Shown: one piece after another, positions 27,326-38,067 of the stretch
How the letters are laid out: each line of letters opens with the position of its first letter
Numbering within the stretch: the stretch's first letter is position 1
Assembly: GCA_965247115.1 (NCBI GenBank)
Contig: CBDFGR010000003.1
Span: 1,600,001 to 1,664,000 of the forward strand
Direction: 5' to 3'
DNA: 64,000 nucleotides
DNA from: Myxococcota bacterium
Lineage (GTDB): Bacteria > Myxococcota_A > UBA9160 > SZUA-336
Translations under genes and position numbers: made by a program
Notes under the pieces: model-generated
Seen by the model: only the letters and a program-made list of their open reading frames with translations
Database searches by the model: none
Told to the model about the DNA's origin: nothing

Positions 27326-28600
27326 CAGGCTGCTGAAAAACTCCTCATCGAAGGGTACCTTGGGAGCGAGCCCCAAAGGGGGAGGCGTGAGAGGACAGGG
27401 GACGCTTCAGGGCGGGATGTTCAGCTACGTGTCGCTGGAGTCGCGGATTCCGGATGATCATCCGCTTCGAGCGATGCGGCGCATGGTCGACACGGCGCTG
27501 CAGCGGCTATCGCCGCGCTTCGACGCGATCTACGCCAGAGGCGTAGGGCGCCCGTCCGTGCCCCCGGAGCAGCTGCTGCGCGCCCTGCTGCTGCAGGTGC
27601 TCTACACCATCCGGAGCGAGCGGCAGCTGGTGGAGCAGCTGGAGTACAACCTGCTGTATCGCTGGTTCGTGGGTCTGGAGCTTGACGAGGTGGTGTTCAG
27701 CGCCACGGTGTTCACGAAGAACCGAGACCGGCTGCTCAAGGGCGAGATTGCCGAGCACTTCTTCGACGCAGTGCTGGAGCAGGCCGAGACCGAGGGATGG
27801 GTGTCGTTGGAGCACTTCACGGTAGACGGGACGCTGATCGAGGCGTGGGCGAGCCAGAAGAGCTTCGTACGGAAGGACGAGGAACGGAGAGACGACGATG
27901 ACCCGGGCAACCCGACGGTGAACTTCCGAGGCGAGAAGCGGAGCAACCAGACGCATGCGTCGACGACGGATCCCGACGCACGACTCGCCGGTATGAGAGG
28001 CCAAGGCGCCCGACTCGCGTACCAGGGACACGTGGTGACGGAGAACCGGAACGGCTTGGTGGTCGCGGCGAAGCTCACGCAGGCGTCGGGATATGCGGAG
28101 CGCGAAGCGGCGCTCGAGATGGTGGAAGGTCTGGGAGGCGGGCGTCGGAGGACATTGGGCGGAGACAAGGGCTTCGACACGAAGGGGTTCGTGGAAGAGC
28201 TTCGAGAGTTGGGCGTGACCCCACACGTGGCGCAGAACACGACGAATCGACGCAGCGCGATCGACGGGCGGACGACGCGCCACCGGGGCTACGAACTGAG
28301 TCAGCGTTTTCGCAAACGGGTGGAAGAGGTCTTCGGCTGGATGAAGACCGTGGGGCTGATGCGCAAGACCCGACACCGCGGCACGGATCGGGTCGGCTGG
28401 GTCTTCACCTTCACGGCCGCAGCCTACAACCTGATCCGGATCCGCAAGCTGCTGGAGGCCACGTAGGTCATGTGCGAAACCGCCCCGCGATCAGCGGAGC
28501 CCAAGACCGGTTCGAACCGGGAATCGCGCCCCGCCCCTCGGCCGGTGAACCCCCTCGTCGGAAGGACCACCCCTCAACCAGTCACTTTCTCCGCAGCCTG
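27326..28600 (+). mobile_element. IS5-family insertion sequence (1275 bp) with CTAG target duplication
   Basis: CTAG at 27322-27325 and 28601-28604. Imperfect TIRs caggctgctgaaaaa and (rc) caggctgcggagaaa. Removing the IS plus one CTAG restores ...EVKRL-GVTVKKK.... Confidence 0.93.
27387..28466 (+). CDS. IS5-family DDE transposase (DUF772 + DDE domain)
   Basis: FSYVSLESRIPDDHPLR, GRPSVPPEQLLRA, RSERQL, VDGTLIEAWAS, GGDKGFD, RKRVEEVFGWMK. Confidence 0.93.
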   Translation: MRGQGTLQGGMFSYVSLESRIPDDHPLRAMRRMVDTALQRLSPRFDAIYARGVGRPSVPPEQLLRALLLQVLYTIRSERQLVEQLEYNLLYRWFVGLELDEVVFSATVFTKNRDRLLKGEIAEHFFDAVLEQAETEGWVSLEHFTVDGTLIEAWASQKSFVRKDEERRDDDDPGNPTVNFRGEKRSNQTHASTTDPDARLAGMRGQGARLAYQGHVVTENRNGLVVAAKLTQASGYAEREAALEMVEGLGGGRRRTLGGDKGFDTKGFVEELRELGVTPHVAQNTTNRRSAIDGRTTRHRGYELSQRFRKRVEEVFGWMKTVGLMRKTRHRGTDRVGWVFTFTAAAYNLIRIRKLLEAT

Positions 28601-31402
28601 CTAGGCGTGACCGTCAAGAAGAAGCTCTCGTTCCCGCTGCTCCTCATCTCGCTCATCTCGCCCGAAGGGACGTACGACGCGAGCTTCCTGACGAACTACG
28701 CGACGATCAACATCATTGACGCGCTCGCGAGGATTCGCGGGGTCGGCCAGGCGGAGGTGTTCGGGGGCAGCACTACCGAGTACGCGATGCGCGTCTGGAT
28801 CAAGCCGGACCAGCTCGCAAAGCTGAACCTGACCGTCCCGGACATCACGAACGCGATCCGCGAGCAGAACGTTCTCGTGCCCGCGGGACAGATCGGCGGG
28901 CCCCCGGCTCCACAAGGGACCGACTTCACGTATACGGTTCAGAGCGCTGGGCGCCTCGAGCGGGCAGAGCAGTTCGGCGACGTCGTGGTCCGGTCGAATC
29001 CCGACGGATCCCAGGTCCTGATGAAGGACGTCGCCAGGATCGAGCTGGGGACGCAGAACTACCTGCTCAACTCGAGGCTCGATGGCGCAGAGACAGCGCC
29101 CATCCAGATCTATCAGCTCCCCGACGCCAACGGTCTCGAGGTGGCGAGCCAGGTGATCGCTGCAATGGAGGAGGTCTCCGAGCGCTTTCCAGACGACGTC
29201 GAGTACGTGATCTCGCTGGATACGACCAAGCCGATCACGGCTGGCATCCGCGAGATCGTGATCACCCTGTTCCAGGCCGTGGGTCTGGTCATCCTCGTGG
29301 TGTACATCTTTCTGCAGGACGCGCGCGCCACGCTGATTCCAACACTGACGGTTCCCGTATCACTCATCGGCACGTTCGCAGTGTTCCCGCTGCTCGGCTT
29401 CTCGGTGAACACACTGTCGCTGCTGGGGTTGGTGCTGGCGATCGGTATCGTGGTGGATGACGCCATCGTCGTTGTCGAGGCGGTGTCGGCCAAGATGGCT
29501 GGCGGCATGTCGGCCAGCGATGCCACGGTCGAGGCGATGCGGGAGGTCTCCGCGCCCATCATCGCCACGTCCCTATCCTTGATTGCAGTCTTCGTCCCGG
29601 TGGCCGCGATGGGGGGAATTACGGGTCGGCTCTATCAGCAGTTCGCGATCACCATCGCCATCTCGGTGGCGATCTCCTCGATCAACGCACTAACCCTGAG
29701 CCCCGCGCTAGCCGCCACGCTGCTTAAGCCGCCCGGAGAAAAGAAGAGCGTGTTCGACAAGTTCTTCGCCGCGTTCAACCGCGTACTGGAGAAGACGACC
29801 CAACGCTTCATGATGATGACTGGTTGGTTCACGGAGCGAGTGGCCAGAGCGGGTCTCCTCCTCGCCGTACTCATCGCCGGGACCGTCGCGCTGTTCGCGA
29901 TCGTGCCCGGAGGCTTCGTCCCGGAGGAAGACCAGGGCTACGTCATGGCGACGTTCCTGCTGCCCGACGGCGCATCACTGCAGCGCACGGATGCCGTCAT
30001 GAGAGACGTGGAGCGGGTAGTCGGGCAGATCGATGCCGTTCAGAACTCGACGGCCATCGCCGGCTTCAGCATGCTGAGCGGCATCTTCCAGCCGAACGCG
30101 GGCTTTGTCTTCATTCAGCTGAAGGACTGGGACGAGCGGCCCGATCGGGAGGATCACGCCACCAGCGTGGTGCGCCGCCTGAACGCGGGGTTTGCCACGC
30201 AGGTGACGGGCGGCATTGCGTTCGCCTTCGGCCCGCCCGCGATTCCAGGCCTGGGCACGGGCTCCGGCTTCTCGATGATGCTCCAGGACAGGAGCGGCAG
30301 TTCGCCGAGCTACCTGGCCGAACAGGTGCAGCGCTTTGTTCAGGCCGCGAACGAGGACCCCGTGATTGCCCGCTCGTTCAGTCTCTACCGTGCCAACGTC
30401 CCCCAGATCTTCCTGGACGTCGACGAAGCCAAGGTGCTCAAGCTCGGCATTCCGCTCGCTGACGTGAACACCTCGATCGGGGCCTTTCTGGGTGGTGCGT
30501 ACGTCAACGACTTCAACCGGTTTGGTCGTCTCTACAAGGTGTACGTGCAGGCTGAGCCCGAGTATCGGGCGGACGCGGATGCCGTCCGTCTCTTCTACGT
30601 GCGCAACTCGGAAGGTGAGATGGTCCCGCTCTCGACCTTCGTGACGATGACTCGCACGGCGGGGCCCGAGTACACGAATCGCTTCAATCTGTTCCGATCC
30701 GCAGAGGTGTCGGGCCAGAGCGCGCCGGGCTACAGCTCCACGCAAGCGCTGGGCGCTCTAGAAGACATTGCCGACGAGATCCTGCCGCCGGACATGTCTT
30801 ACGCCTGGAGCGGCATGTCCTATCAGGAGATGGCAGCAGCGGGCAGCGGTGGCGCGGTGTTCGTGATGGCCCTCGTGTTCGTCTTTCTCATACTCGCGGC
30901 TCAGTACGAGAGCTGGTCCACGCCGCTCTCGGTGCTTCTGGGTACGCCCATCGCTGTGTTTGGTGCAATCGCGGGGCTCTTCGTGATGCGCGTGTTCAGC
31001 GAGAGCTACGTGAACAACGTGTTCGCGCAGATCGGCCTGGTCATGCTCATCGGCCTGGCGGCCAAGAACGCCATCTTGATCGTCGAGTTTGCCAAGGTCG
31101 AGTACGAGAAGGGGAAGAGCGCGCGCGAGGCCGCCATGGAGGCAGCCCGCCAGCGCTTCCGCCCGATCCTCATGACTGCGTTCTCCTTCATCCTGGGCGT
31201 GCTGCCTCTTCTCGTTGCCAGCGGCGCGGGCGCCGAGGCGAGGAAGGTCATGGGCATGACCGTGTTCAGCGGCATGCTAGTGGCCACCGCCGTCGGTGTG
31301 CTGCTGGTACCGGCGCTCTTCGTGATGGTCGAGCGCCACCTTGGCGGGCGTAAGGCCAGCGTGACCGACGCCGCCACGCCTGCCGCAGAGGAGACCCGCT
31401 GA
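28601..31402 (+). pseudogene. RND efflux permease (AcrB/MexB type), C-terminal fragment after IS
   Basis: YAMRVWI, DVARIELG, AIGIVVDDAIVVVE, FVPEEDQG, GLAAKNAILIVEFA, RFRPILMT. Confidence 0.92.
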
Positions 31403-31403
31403 G

Positions 31404-32780
31404 GTGTGGCTGCGCGTGCTCCGGGCGGGACTCGCTCTCGTCGTCGCAGGCTGTGCTCTCACGCCGGACTACGAGCGTCCGGATCTCGACATCCCCGCGG
31501 AGTACGTGGAGCCGCGCCCCTCCGGCGAGTCGATCGCAAACCTGGACTGGTGGGAGCTGTTTCAAGACGAGCAGCTGCAGGAGCTGGTACGCATCGCGCT
31601 GGCCGAGAACAAGGACCTCGGCAGCGCGCTTGCCCGTATCTCGGAGGCTCGCTCGCAGGTCACGGTCGTCCGCGCGAATCAGTTTCCGTTCCTGGACATC
31701 TTCGGCTTCGGGGGTCGCGGCAAGGCGAGCGAGATCGTGATCCCCGGAGCGAGTACCCGCGACAACTTCGAAGTCGCAGCGGATCTCTCCTTTGAGCTCG
31801 ACCTCTGGAAGCGGCTCTCGAGAGCCACGGAGGCCGCGAAGGCCGACCTGCTGGCGACGGAGGCCGCGTATCGGAACGTGACGATCAGTCTCGTCGCGAA
31901 TGTGGCGAGCTTCTACCTGTTGCTGCGCGATCTGGACGGGCGACTTGCCATCTCGGAACGCACGGTGGCCGGCCGGCGCGACAGCCTGAGGATCATTCAG
32001 GCCCGTTTCGAGCAGGGTACGTTGCCGGAGCTCGATGTGAACCAGGCCCAGATAGAGCTCGCCGTCGCAGAGGTGGCAGTTGCGAGCTTCGAGCGCCAGG
32101 TCGTTCAGACCAATAACGCGCTGCGCACCCTGTTGGGACGCAATCCTGGCCCTGTCCCGCGCGGCCTCGCCCTGGCCCAGCAGGTGTTTCCGCCGGAGGT
32201 CCCACCCGGACTTCCCTCGGAGCTGCTCCGACGACGACCCGACGTGGTCGCGGCAGAGGAGCAGCTCATCGCGGAAACCGCTCTCGTCGGTGTCGCCGAG
32301 GCACTTCGCTATCCCTCCATCAGGTTGACCGGGAGTCTCGGTGCGATCAGCGACGAGCTGTCCGACCTGGACTCCGACAGAGCTGAGACCTGGAACATCG
32401 GCGGCGACTTCCTCTCGCCGATCTTCAACTCCGGCCAGCTCAAGGCCCAGTCCGACGCGCAGCGCTCGCGGACCGAGCAGGCTCTCCGGGAGTACGAGGC
32501 GACCCTGCAGCTGGCGTTTCAAGACGTCGAGGATGCGCTCGTGGCCCTCCGGACGTTGCGCCAGGAACACGCTGCTCGGCTGCGGCAGGTCGTGGCCGCT
32601 CGCAACGCTGCCAGACTGTCGCGAGCCCGCTATGACGGTGGCGTTGTGGACTACCTGGAGGTGCTGGATTCCGAGAGGAGCCTGTTCGCATCGGAGCTCG
32701 ACCAGTCCGCCACTCTCCAGCGGTCGCTCAACGCAGTGGTCCGGCTTTACAAGGCCCTGGGTGGTGGCTGGAGCAACTGA
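31404..32780 (+). CDS. Efflux outer-membrane factor lipoprotein (NodT/OprM type)
   Basis: Lipobox VAGC, WWELFQDEQL, FELDLW, LPSELLRRRPDV, LYKALGGGW. Confidence 0.93.
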   Translation: MWLRVLRAGLALVVAGCALTPDYERPDLDIPAEYVEPRPSGESIANLDWWELFQDEQLQELVRIALAENKDLGSALARISEARSQVTVVRANQFPFLDIFGFGGRGKASEIVIPGASTRDNFEVAADLSFELDLWKRLSRATEAAKADLLATEAAYRNVTISLVANVASFYLLLRDLDGRLAISERTVAGRRDSLRIIQARFEQGTLPELDVNQAQIELAVAEVAVASFERQVVQTNNALRTLLGRNPGPVPRGLALAQQVFPPEVPPGLPSELLRRRPDVVAAEEQLIAETALVGVAEALRYPSIRLTGSLGAISDELSDLDSDRAETWNIGGDFLSPIFNSGQLKAQSDAQRSRTEQALREYEATLQLAFQDVEDALVALRTLRQEHAARLRQVVAARNAARLSRARYDGGVVDYLEVLDSERSLFASELDQSATLQRSLNAVVRLYKALGGGWSN

Positions 32781-32799
32781 TCGCGGAGGGATCGTCGCG

Positions 32800-33444
32800 A
32801 TGACTCCAAGAAGGAACAACTTCTTCTACCTGTTGGTCGGATTGTTGGTCCTTCTGCTGCTCGCCCCGATCGCGTCGGGGCGCTTCGACAAGGCGGTCAA
32901 TCTGGCCTACGTCGGAACGCTGATGCTCGGAGTCTGGAGCCTTGCCAGGAATCGATGGGCATACATTGGCGGCTGGGCTCTCGCGTTGCTGAACTTTGCT
33001 GTCTCGGGCGTGGCCTTCAGCGCGGACTCCTCCATGCTGTTCCTCATCGGGAGGATGATCGCCTTTGCCTTCTGTCTGCTCAGCCTGCTCATCGTCTTAG
33101 GTGAAGTGTTGTTCGGGGACTCCGTCGACGCCAACCGGGTTGCGGGCTCCGTGTGCGTCTATCTGCTTCTTGGCTTGAACTGGGCGTTCGTGTACTCCTT
33201 TCTGCATGCGATCGATCCCGCGTCGTTTGTCGGACTCCCTGAAAACCCGGGCCAGCTCTTCCTGAGCCTGCTCTACTACAGCTTCGTCACGCTGACGACG
33301 TTGGGCTACGGCGACATCTCGCCGGCGACGCACGTTGCGCGCGCCCTTGCCTATCTTCAGGCGGTCTCTGGCGTCATGTACGTCGCGATCCTCGTCGCGA
33401 GCCTGGTCGGTTCGTTCAGCCGCGGAGCGAGGCAGCAGGACTAG
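32800..33444 (+). CDS. Potassium channel family protein (Ion_trans_2)
   Basis: YYSFVTLTTLGYGDISP selectivity filter with multiple TM helices. Confidence 0.88.
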   Translation: MTPRRNNFFYLLVGLLVLLLLAPIASGRFDKAVNLAYVGTLMLGVWSLARNRWAYIGGWALALLNFAVSGVAFSADSSMLFLIGRMIAFAFCLLSLLIVLGEVLFGDSVDANRVAGSVCVYLLLGLNWAFVYSFLHAIDPASFVGLPENPGQLFLSLLYYSFVTLTTLGYGDISPATHVARALAYLQAVSGVMYVAILVASLVGSFSRGARQQD

Positions 33445-34019
33445 TCGGTGTCGAGTGTTCGCAGCGTTTGGGCGATGGTTCCGGCCAGCTCGCCGAGGAG
33501 CTCGATCTCCGTGTTCACCAGACCGGGATACCCGTCGCCCGCCTGACGCCTCGCCTGCGAGAAGCGTTGACTCTCGACGACGGAGTCCTGTTCAAGATCT
33601 CGAACCGACCAGCGGGCGACCAGGCGCGCCCGCCCGTCGAGCGTGCCGTGGAACTCGTTGATTCTAATGTCGACGCTATAGCGCACGGAGTTGCCCAGGT
33701 CGGGGCCGGGGTGGAGAGCGCGTCCCAACTCCGACGAGATCCGGTCGCGCAGGTAGAACCATGCGCCCTCATCGAGTGGCTCGGCCCACAGGTGGTAGCG
33801 TGCCTCGCGTACGCTGTGCTCGTCTGTCTGAACCACCAGTCCAGCGCGATCGAGGTAAGGGGGAAGGGAGATCCGCCCAAGACCGATCGGCAGTGGATCA
33901 GCCGAGCGCAGCTCCGGCGGTGGCTCCACCCGCAACAGGTAGTAGGCCTGCTCGGGGGGTGCACTTGCACAGCCTACGAGACTGAGCGCGAGTACCAGGC
34001 CGAGGCCCACTCGGGTCAC
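33441..34019 (-). CDS. pqiC: PqiC-family lipoprotein
   Basis: Lipobox LVGC, YYLL, LPPYLDR..LV, WAEPL. Coupled to pqiB. Confidence 0.88.
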   Translation of the reverse strand: MTRVGLGLVLALSLVGCASAPPEQAYYLLRVEPPPELRSADPLPIGLGRISLPPYLDRAGLVVQTDEHSVREARYHLWAEPLDEGAWFYLRDRISSELGRALHPGPDLGNSVRYSVDIRINEFHGTLDGRARLVARWSVRDLEQDSVVESQRFSQARRQAGDGYPGLVNTEIELLGELAGTIAQTLRTLDTD

Positions 34020-35611
34020 GGTCTGCCTCTCCGAGGCTCGGGATCGGGCTCGGCCGGTTTCGAGAAGATGATCGAGTTCGGCTTCTCGTCCAGCGTGCGC
34101 AGCAGTCCGTCGGCGCTCTGCAGCGTGCGGTTCAGCTCGGTGATCGTGCGGTACAGGCGATCGTAGGGTGGCGAATCGGGCGAGATCAGCTGCAGGTCTT
34201 GCTGCAGGTCCTCCAGCACAGCTGTAACGGCGGCCGGAAGTTCCTGGAATTCGTCGCTGCCGGTTACCTCGCGCAGATCGTCGAGAATCCGGTTGAGCTC
34301 CCGCACGGTTGCTTCGATCAGCATGTCGTTGAGCTTCTCCAGGAGCGCGGAAACCTGGCGCTCGATCCGTTCGAACCCGCCGGAGATTGTGGGGAGCGTC
34401 GGGTAGCCGGCGAAGGTGCCGATCTCGCCCACTTCTTCCTCGGGGTAGAAGTCGATTGCGACCAGGAGGGCTCCCGTGAGCAGGTTGGCTGATTCGAGGC
34501 TTGCCCGCATTCTCCCCCGGGCACCCCTGTCGATGATCTGTCGCATCTGCTCGGCCCCTTCGGCCGTATCGTCGAGCCCAAGGCGCCCGGGCTCGATGCT
34601 GATCAATACTGGGATCGGCTGCGCAGTACTACCCCGAAGATTCGCCTCTATGACAGGCGCGATCAGGACTGGGCCGACCGAGCCGACGCGAATCCCCCGG
34701 TACTCCACGGGCGCGCCCGGCACCAGGCCGCGGACCGACTGCGTGAACAAGACCACGAACTCCAGGGAGTGCTCGTACGACAGCTCGGTTGCGCTCTGCC
34801 GGTCCCGATGGAGCACGAACTCCGCGCCGGACTCGACGGGTCCCTTTGGGGACACTCCCTTTGGGACCCCAAACGCGACGCCACCGATGAGCAGAGCCTG
34901 GAGCGACTCGACGTCCACTAGCAAGCCGCCTGCCCCGGTGCGCACCACGATGCCGCCGGCGTCCCAGAACCGGGTCGCGCCGTTCACGAATGCGTCGTAG
35001 GGCGCCTCGATGAACACGCCGTGGCGCACGCTTCCAGTGTCCGTTTCGAACGTAGTGCTCTCGACTCTTCCCACGCGAAAGCCGTTGTAAAGCACGGGCT
35101 GGCCGGGGCTCACGACGCCGGCGCGTTTGCTGACCAGGACAAGGCCCAGTCCCGGTGTCCCGACGGCCGTTACGGGAACATCGTCGAGGCCGACGAAGTC
35201 GCGGCGGGTGCTCGGCGCTCCGGAGCCCGGCTCCAGCTCGATGTATGCGCCCGATAGGAGCGTGTTCAGGCCGGAGATGCCGCCCGCGCCGAAACGGGGA
35301 CGTACGACCCAGAAGCGCGTGTCGTCCCGCAGCAGCGACGTGTTCTCGCGCTCGAGCCTCGCGACGACGCTGACGCTGTCGAGATCCTCGTTGAGCGTCA
35401 CTTCCTCGACGAGCCCTACTTCGACGCTGCGGGAGCTAAGCTTGGTTCTGCCCGCCTCGATCCCCTGCGCAGTCGAGAAGGTGATCGTGATCGCGGGGCC
35501 CTCGTTCATGACGGTGTAGATCACCATATAGATGCCGAGCACAACGGCCACGGCCGGTACCAGCCAGATGACGGGAAGGCGGCGGCGGCTCGAGACTTCG
35601 GCCTCAGTCAT
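34016..35611 (-). CDS. pqiB: Intermembrane transport protein PqiB (MCE domains)
   Basis: IWLVP, TRFWVVRPR, GLNTLLSGAYIEL, SVRGLVPGAPVEYRGI.VG, ANLLTG. Confidence 0.92.
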   Translation of the reverse strand: MTEAEVSSRRRLPVIWLVPAVAVVLGIYMVIYTVMNEGPAITITFSTAQGIEAGRTKLSSRSVEVGLVEEVTLNEDLDSVSVVARLERENTSLLRDDTRFWVVRPRFGAGGISGLNTLLSGAYIELEPGSGAPSTRRDFVGLDDVPVTAVGTPGLGLVLVSKRAGVVSPGQPVLYNGFRVGRVESTTFETDTGSVRHGVFIEAPYDAFVNGATRFWDAGGIVVRTGAGGLLVDVESLQALLIGGVAFGVPKGVSPKGPVESGAEFVLHRDRQSATELSYEHSLEFVVLFTQSVRGLVPGAPVEYRGIRVGSVGPVLIAPVIEANLRGSTAQPIPVLISIEPGRLGLDDTAEGAEQMRQIIDRGARGRMRASLESANLLTGALLVAIDFYPEEEVGEIGTFAGYPTLPTISGGFERIERQVSALLEKLNDMLIEATVRELNRILDDLREVTGSDEFQELPAAVTAVLEDLQQDLQLISPDSPPYDRLYRTITELNRTLQSADGLLRTLDEKPNSIIFSKPAEPDPEPRRGRP

Positions 35612-36227
35612 TCTCTACTCCAAGGCGATCCCAGATCAGGCGCGGGTCAAAGCTCTCCGCGGCGAGCATGGTGATGATTACCACTCCGGAGAACGCGAGC
35701 GCTGCAGCGCCTGGGAGGATGACCAGCAGGCCTCCGAGCTGGATCAACGCCACCAGGATCGCCACTACAAACACATCGATCATCGACCAGCGTCCCACGA
35801 ACTCCGTCGCGCGATAAAGGACGGCGCGCTCGCGTGGTTGTGCCTGGTGGCTCCTGTTCACGGACCAGCACAGCAGCCCCAACGCGAACATCTTGCTCAT
35901 AGGCACCATGACGCTAGCGATGAAGATCACCGCGGCGATCGGGTACGAGCCGTGGTGCCAGAGTAGGACGACGCCGCCCAGTATCGTGCTGTCGATCGCC
36001 CGACCCAGCTGCTCCGTCGTCATGATCGGGAGCACGTTCGCGGGGATGTAGAGAATCGCCGCCGTGACTCCCAGCGCGGCGGTACGCGCCAGGCTGTTGG
36101 TCATTCGGAGGTGGAGCGCGGCGCCGCAGCGAGGGCAACGTTTTGTCGCCGCGGGAGTGACCTTGCAGCAGGTGTGGCAGGTCGCCAGCCCGTGTGCCGC
36201 TGCCGTCTCGGGAGCGAAGCTGGTCAT
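35604..36227 (-). CDS. pqiA: Paraquat-inducible protein A, C-terminal half
   Basis: CHTC...CPRC, YIPANVLPIM, STILGGV, VGRWSMIDVFVV, FDPRLIWD. Confidence 0.9.
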   Translation of the reverse strand: MTSFAPETAAAHGLATCHTCCKVTPAATKRCPRCGAALHLRMTNSLARTAALGVTAAILYIPANVLPIMTTEQLGRAIDSTILGGVVLLWHHGSYPIAAVIFIASVMVPMSKMFALGLLCWSVNRSHQAQPRERAVLYRATEFVGRWSMIDVFVVAILVALIQLGGLLVILPGAAALAFSGVVIITMLAAESFDPRLIWDRLGVEND

Positions 36228-36838
36228 CTGGCGGACACCCGCTCGATCGAGTCCCAGACGTACATACGGTCCAGGCTCGAGCCCATCGCCGTGAAGCAGA
36301 GGGAAAAGGCGGCGTACGACCAGAAGGAGATGCCCAGCCCGATGTCTGCCATGGCCGCTAGCTTGACCAGGCTCACGATCACTCCGATGATGAACACCTC
36401 GACCATCGTCCACGGAGCGAGGGCGAAGGCGACTCTTCCGGCAGGTACGAGCCAGGGTACTGCGCGGCCGCGGATGAGCGGTACGAGCAACGCCACCACT
36501 GCACCCAACATTGCAGCTGGAAGCACGATGATGAACCCGAGGATGAGCAGCGCCACGAGCTCGCCTCCGTTGCGGTACACCTCGATCACGCTCATGGCCA
36601 AAGTGATGGAGTTCTCGAACCCGCCAGCCCTCATGGACATGAATGGGAACGCCAGCGCGACCGCGAGAAACAGGGCCGCGCTGACCGCGAAGGCCAGGGA
36701 GCGCAGAAGTCCGTCGTGTGGGTTGCTTGTCAGGGCGTGTCCACAGCGCGGGCAGGCAGCGCGCTCCCCCTCAGCGAGAGCTGGCGAAGGCAGCAGCAGG
36801 TCACACTCGAGACAGGCGATCCGGGGGGAGGCCACCAT
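36224..36838 (-). CDS. pqiA: Paraquat-inducible protein A, N-terminal half
   Basis: ACLECDLL, CPRCGH, PWTMVEVFIIGVIVSLVKL. Confidence 0.9.
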   Translation of the reverse strand: MVASPRIACLECDLLLPSPALAEGERAACPRCGHALTSNPHDGLLRSLAFAVSAALFLAVALAFPFMSMRAGGFENSITLAMSVIEVYRNGGELVALLILGFIIVLPAAMLGAVVALLVPLIRGRAVPWLVPAGRVAFALAPWTMVEVFIIGVIVSLVKLAAMADIGLGISFWSYAAFSLCFTAMGSSLDRMYVWDSIERVSAR

Positions 36839-36864
36839 GAATGCTCAAGTATACCTGCAACCGG

Positions 36865-37401
36865 CTAGAGTTGGTGGGTACGCAAAGCTCTGTCGATGGC
36901 CGCCTCGATGAAGTCCGTTTTGGCCTCGGTATAGGAGTCGATTTCGTCGAAGCGATGACGCTCCGCAAGCTCGCACTTCAGCTCGTAGTACTTCCTGGCG
37001 ACATCGGAGTGGAGGCGCAAGTAGTCTCGGAACAGCAAGTGGTGCTCCCAGAAATCGCTGGTCCGCTCGACCGTGTGCAGGTGGAAGCGTTGGGGTGGCG
37101 TCCGCGGCCTCCGAAAGTAGCGGCGCTCCGGCATGTGGTCCTCGTACTCGGGGACGTACCCGTAGCCCAGCTGCTCGATCTGGCGGATCCGGGCCTCGAC
37201 ATCTGTCAAGCGCTCCACTCCCAGCATCATGTCCACGATGGGCTTCGCGCCGAGTCCGGGAACGGCCGTACTGCCGACGTGCTCGATCACGACCGGCACG
37301 TCGCAGAAGACCCGCTCCAGCGAACGCCGCTCTTCTTCGAACTGGATCGGCCAGCGCGGATCGTAGCGGGCGATCTGGATGGAGTGACCGTGCGACGCCA
37401 C
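36865..37401 (-). CDS. GrpB family protein (UPF0157)
   Basis: YDPRWP..FEEE, IEHVGSTAVPGLGAKPIVD, FHLH, FRDYLR, Y...K..FI. Confidence 0.92.
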   Translation of the reverse strand: MASHGHSIQIARYDPRWPIQFEEERRSLERVFCDVPVVIEHVGSTAVPGLGAKPIVDMMLGVERLTDVEARIRQIEQLGYGYVPEYEDHMPERRYFRRPRTPPQRFHLHTVERTSDFWEHHLLFRDYLRLHSDVARKYYELKCELAERHRFDEIDSYTEAKTDFIEAAIDRALRTHQL

Positions 37402-37441
37402 GCGCTCACCATAGCAGCCGCTGCACCGATACAATGTGCCG

Positions 37442-38029
37442 ATGGCGGACGCGGCGATTGTCCTGTGTGGCGGCCGCTCGAGGCGCATGGCCCGGGACAA
37501 GGCGAGCCTGCCCTTTGGGAGAGAAACGCTGCTCGAGCGCGTCGTCCGGATCGTCTCGGAGGTCGTGGACGAGGTGTGGGTGGTCGCGCGGGCTGGCCAG
37601 GAAATCCCGGGGGACTTCCGGATCGCGCGCGACCCGGAGGAGGGGCTCGGACCGCTGGCCGGCCTGGCTGCCGGCCTCGAGGCCATCGACGCAGAGCGCG
37701 CGTTCCTGACCTCGTGCGACGTGCCATTGCTCCGATCTGCATACGTCCGCCGGCTGCTCGAGCTCTCGGCCGGGTATGCGATCGCGGTTCCCCTCGTCGG
37801 GGGTCACCACATGGTGACCTCTGCCGTCTACTCGCGTGAGGTCTTACCCGTCGCGAGAGAGCTCCTCGCCGAGCGCCGACTGCGCCCTCTCTACCTGGTG
37901 GAGGCCTTCGACGCCAGGCTCGTGACCGAGGAGGAGCTGCGCGACGTGGACCCGGAGCTCGAGAGCCTTCGCGACTGCAACACGCCCGAGGCCTACCAGG
38001 AGGCGCTGCGAACGGCGGGCCTGGGCTGA
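37442..38029 (+). CDS. mobA: Molybdenum cofactor guanylyltransferase
   Basis: IVLCGGRSRRMARDKA, GLGPLAGL, SCDVP, CNTPE. Confidence 0.92.
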   Translation: MADAAIVLCGGRSRRMARDKASLPFGRETLLERVVRIVSEVVDEVWVVARAGQEIPGDFRIARDPEEGLGPLAGLAAGLEAIDAERAFLTSCDVPLLRSAYVRRLLELSAGYAIAVPLVGGHHMVTSAVYSREVLPVARELLAERRLRPLYLVEAFDARLVTEEELRDVDPELESLRDCNTPEAYQEALRTAGLG

Positions 38030-38067
38030 GCGCTTATAATCATCCTGCGGGAGTATTGGGAGCGTTC

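Noticed and set aside
27326..28600. Self-splicing IStron or intron restoring the RND gene
   Set aside because: The element is almost entirely transposase with TIRs and a target duplication. There is no room or motif for a group I/II intron.
35604..36838. pqiA split into two ORFs as a pseudogene
   Set aside because: Each half has its own Cys-motif N-terminus and they overlap by ATGA coupling. Two-gene pqiA is a common natural arrangement.
13610..37401. Functional link between coaE and the GrpB gene (fused in actinobacteria)
   Set aside because: They are ~23 kb apart with no shared operon, and nothing in the sequence links them here.
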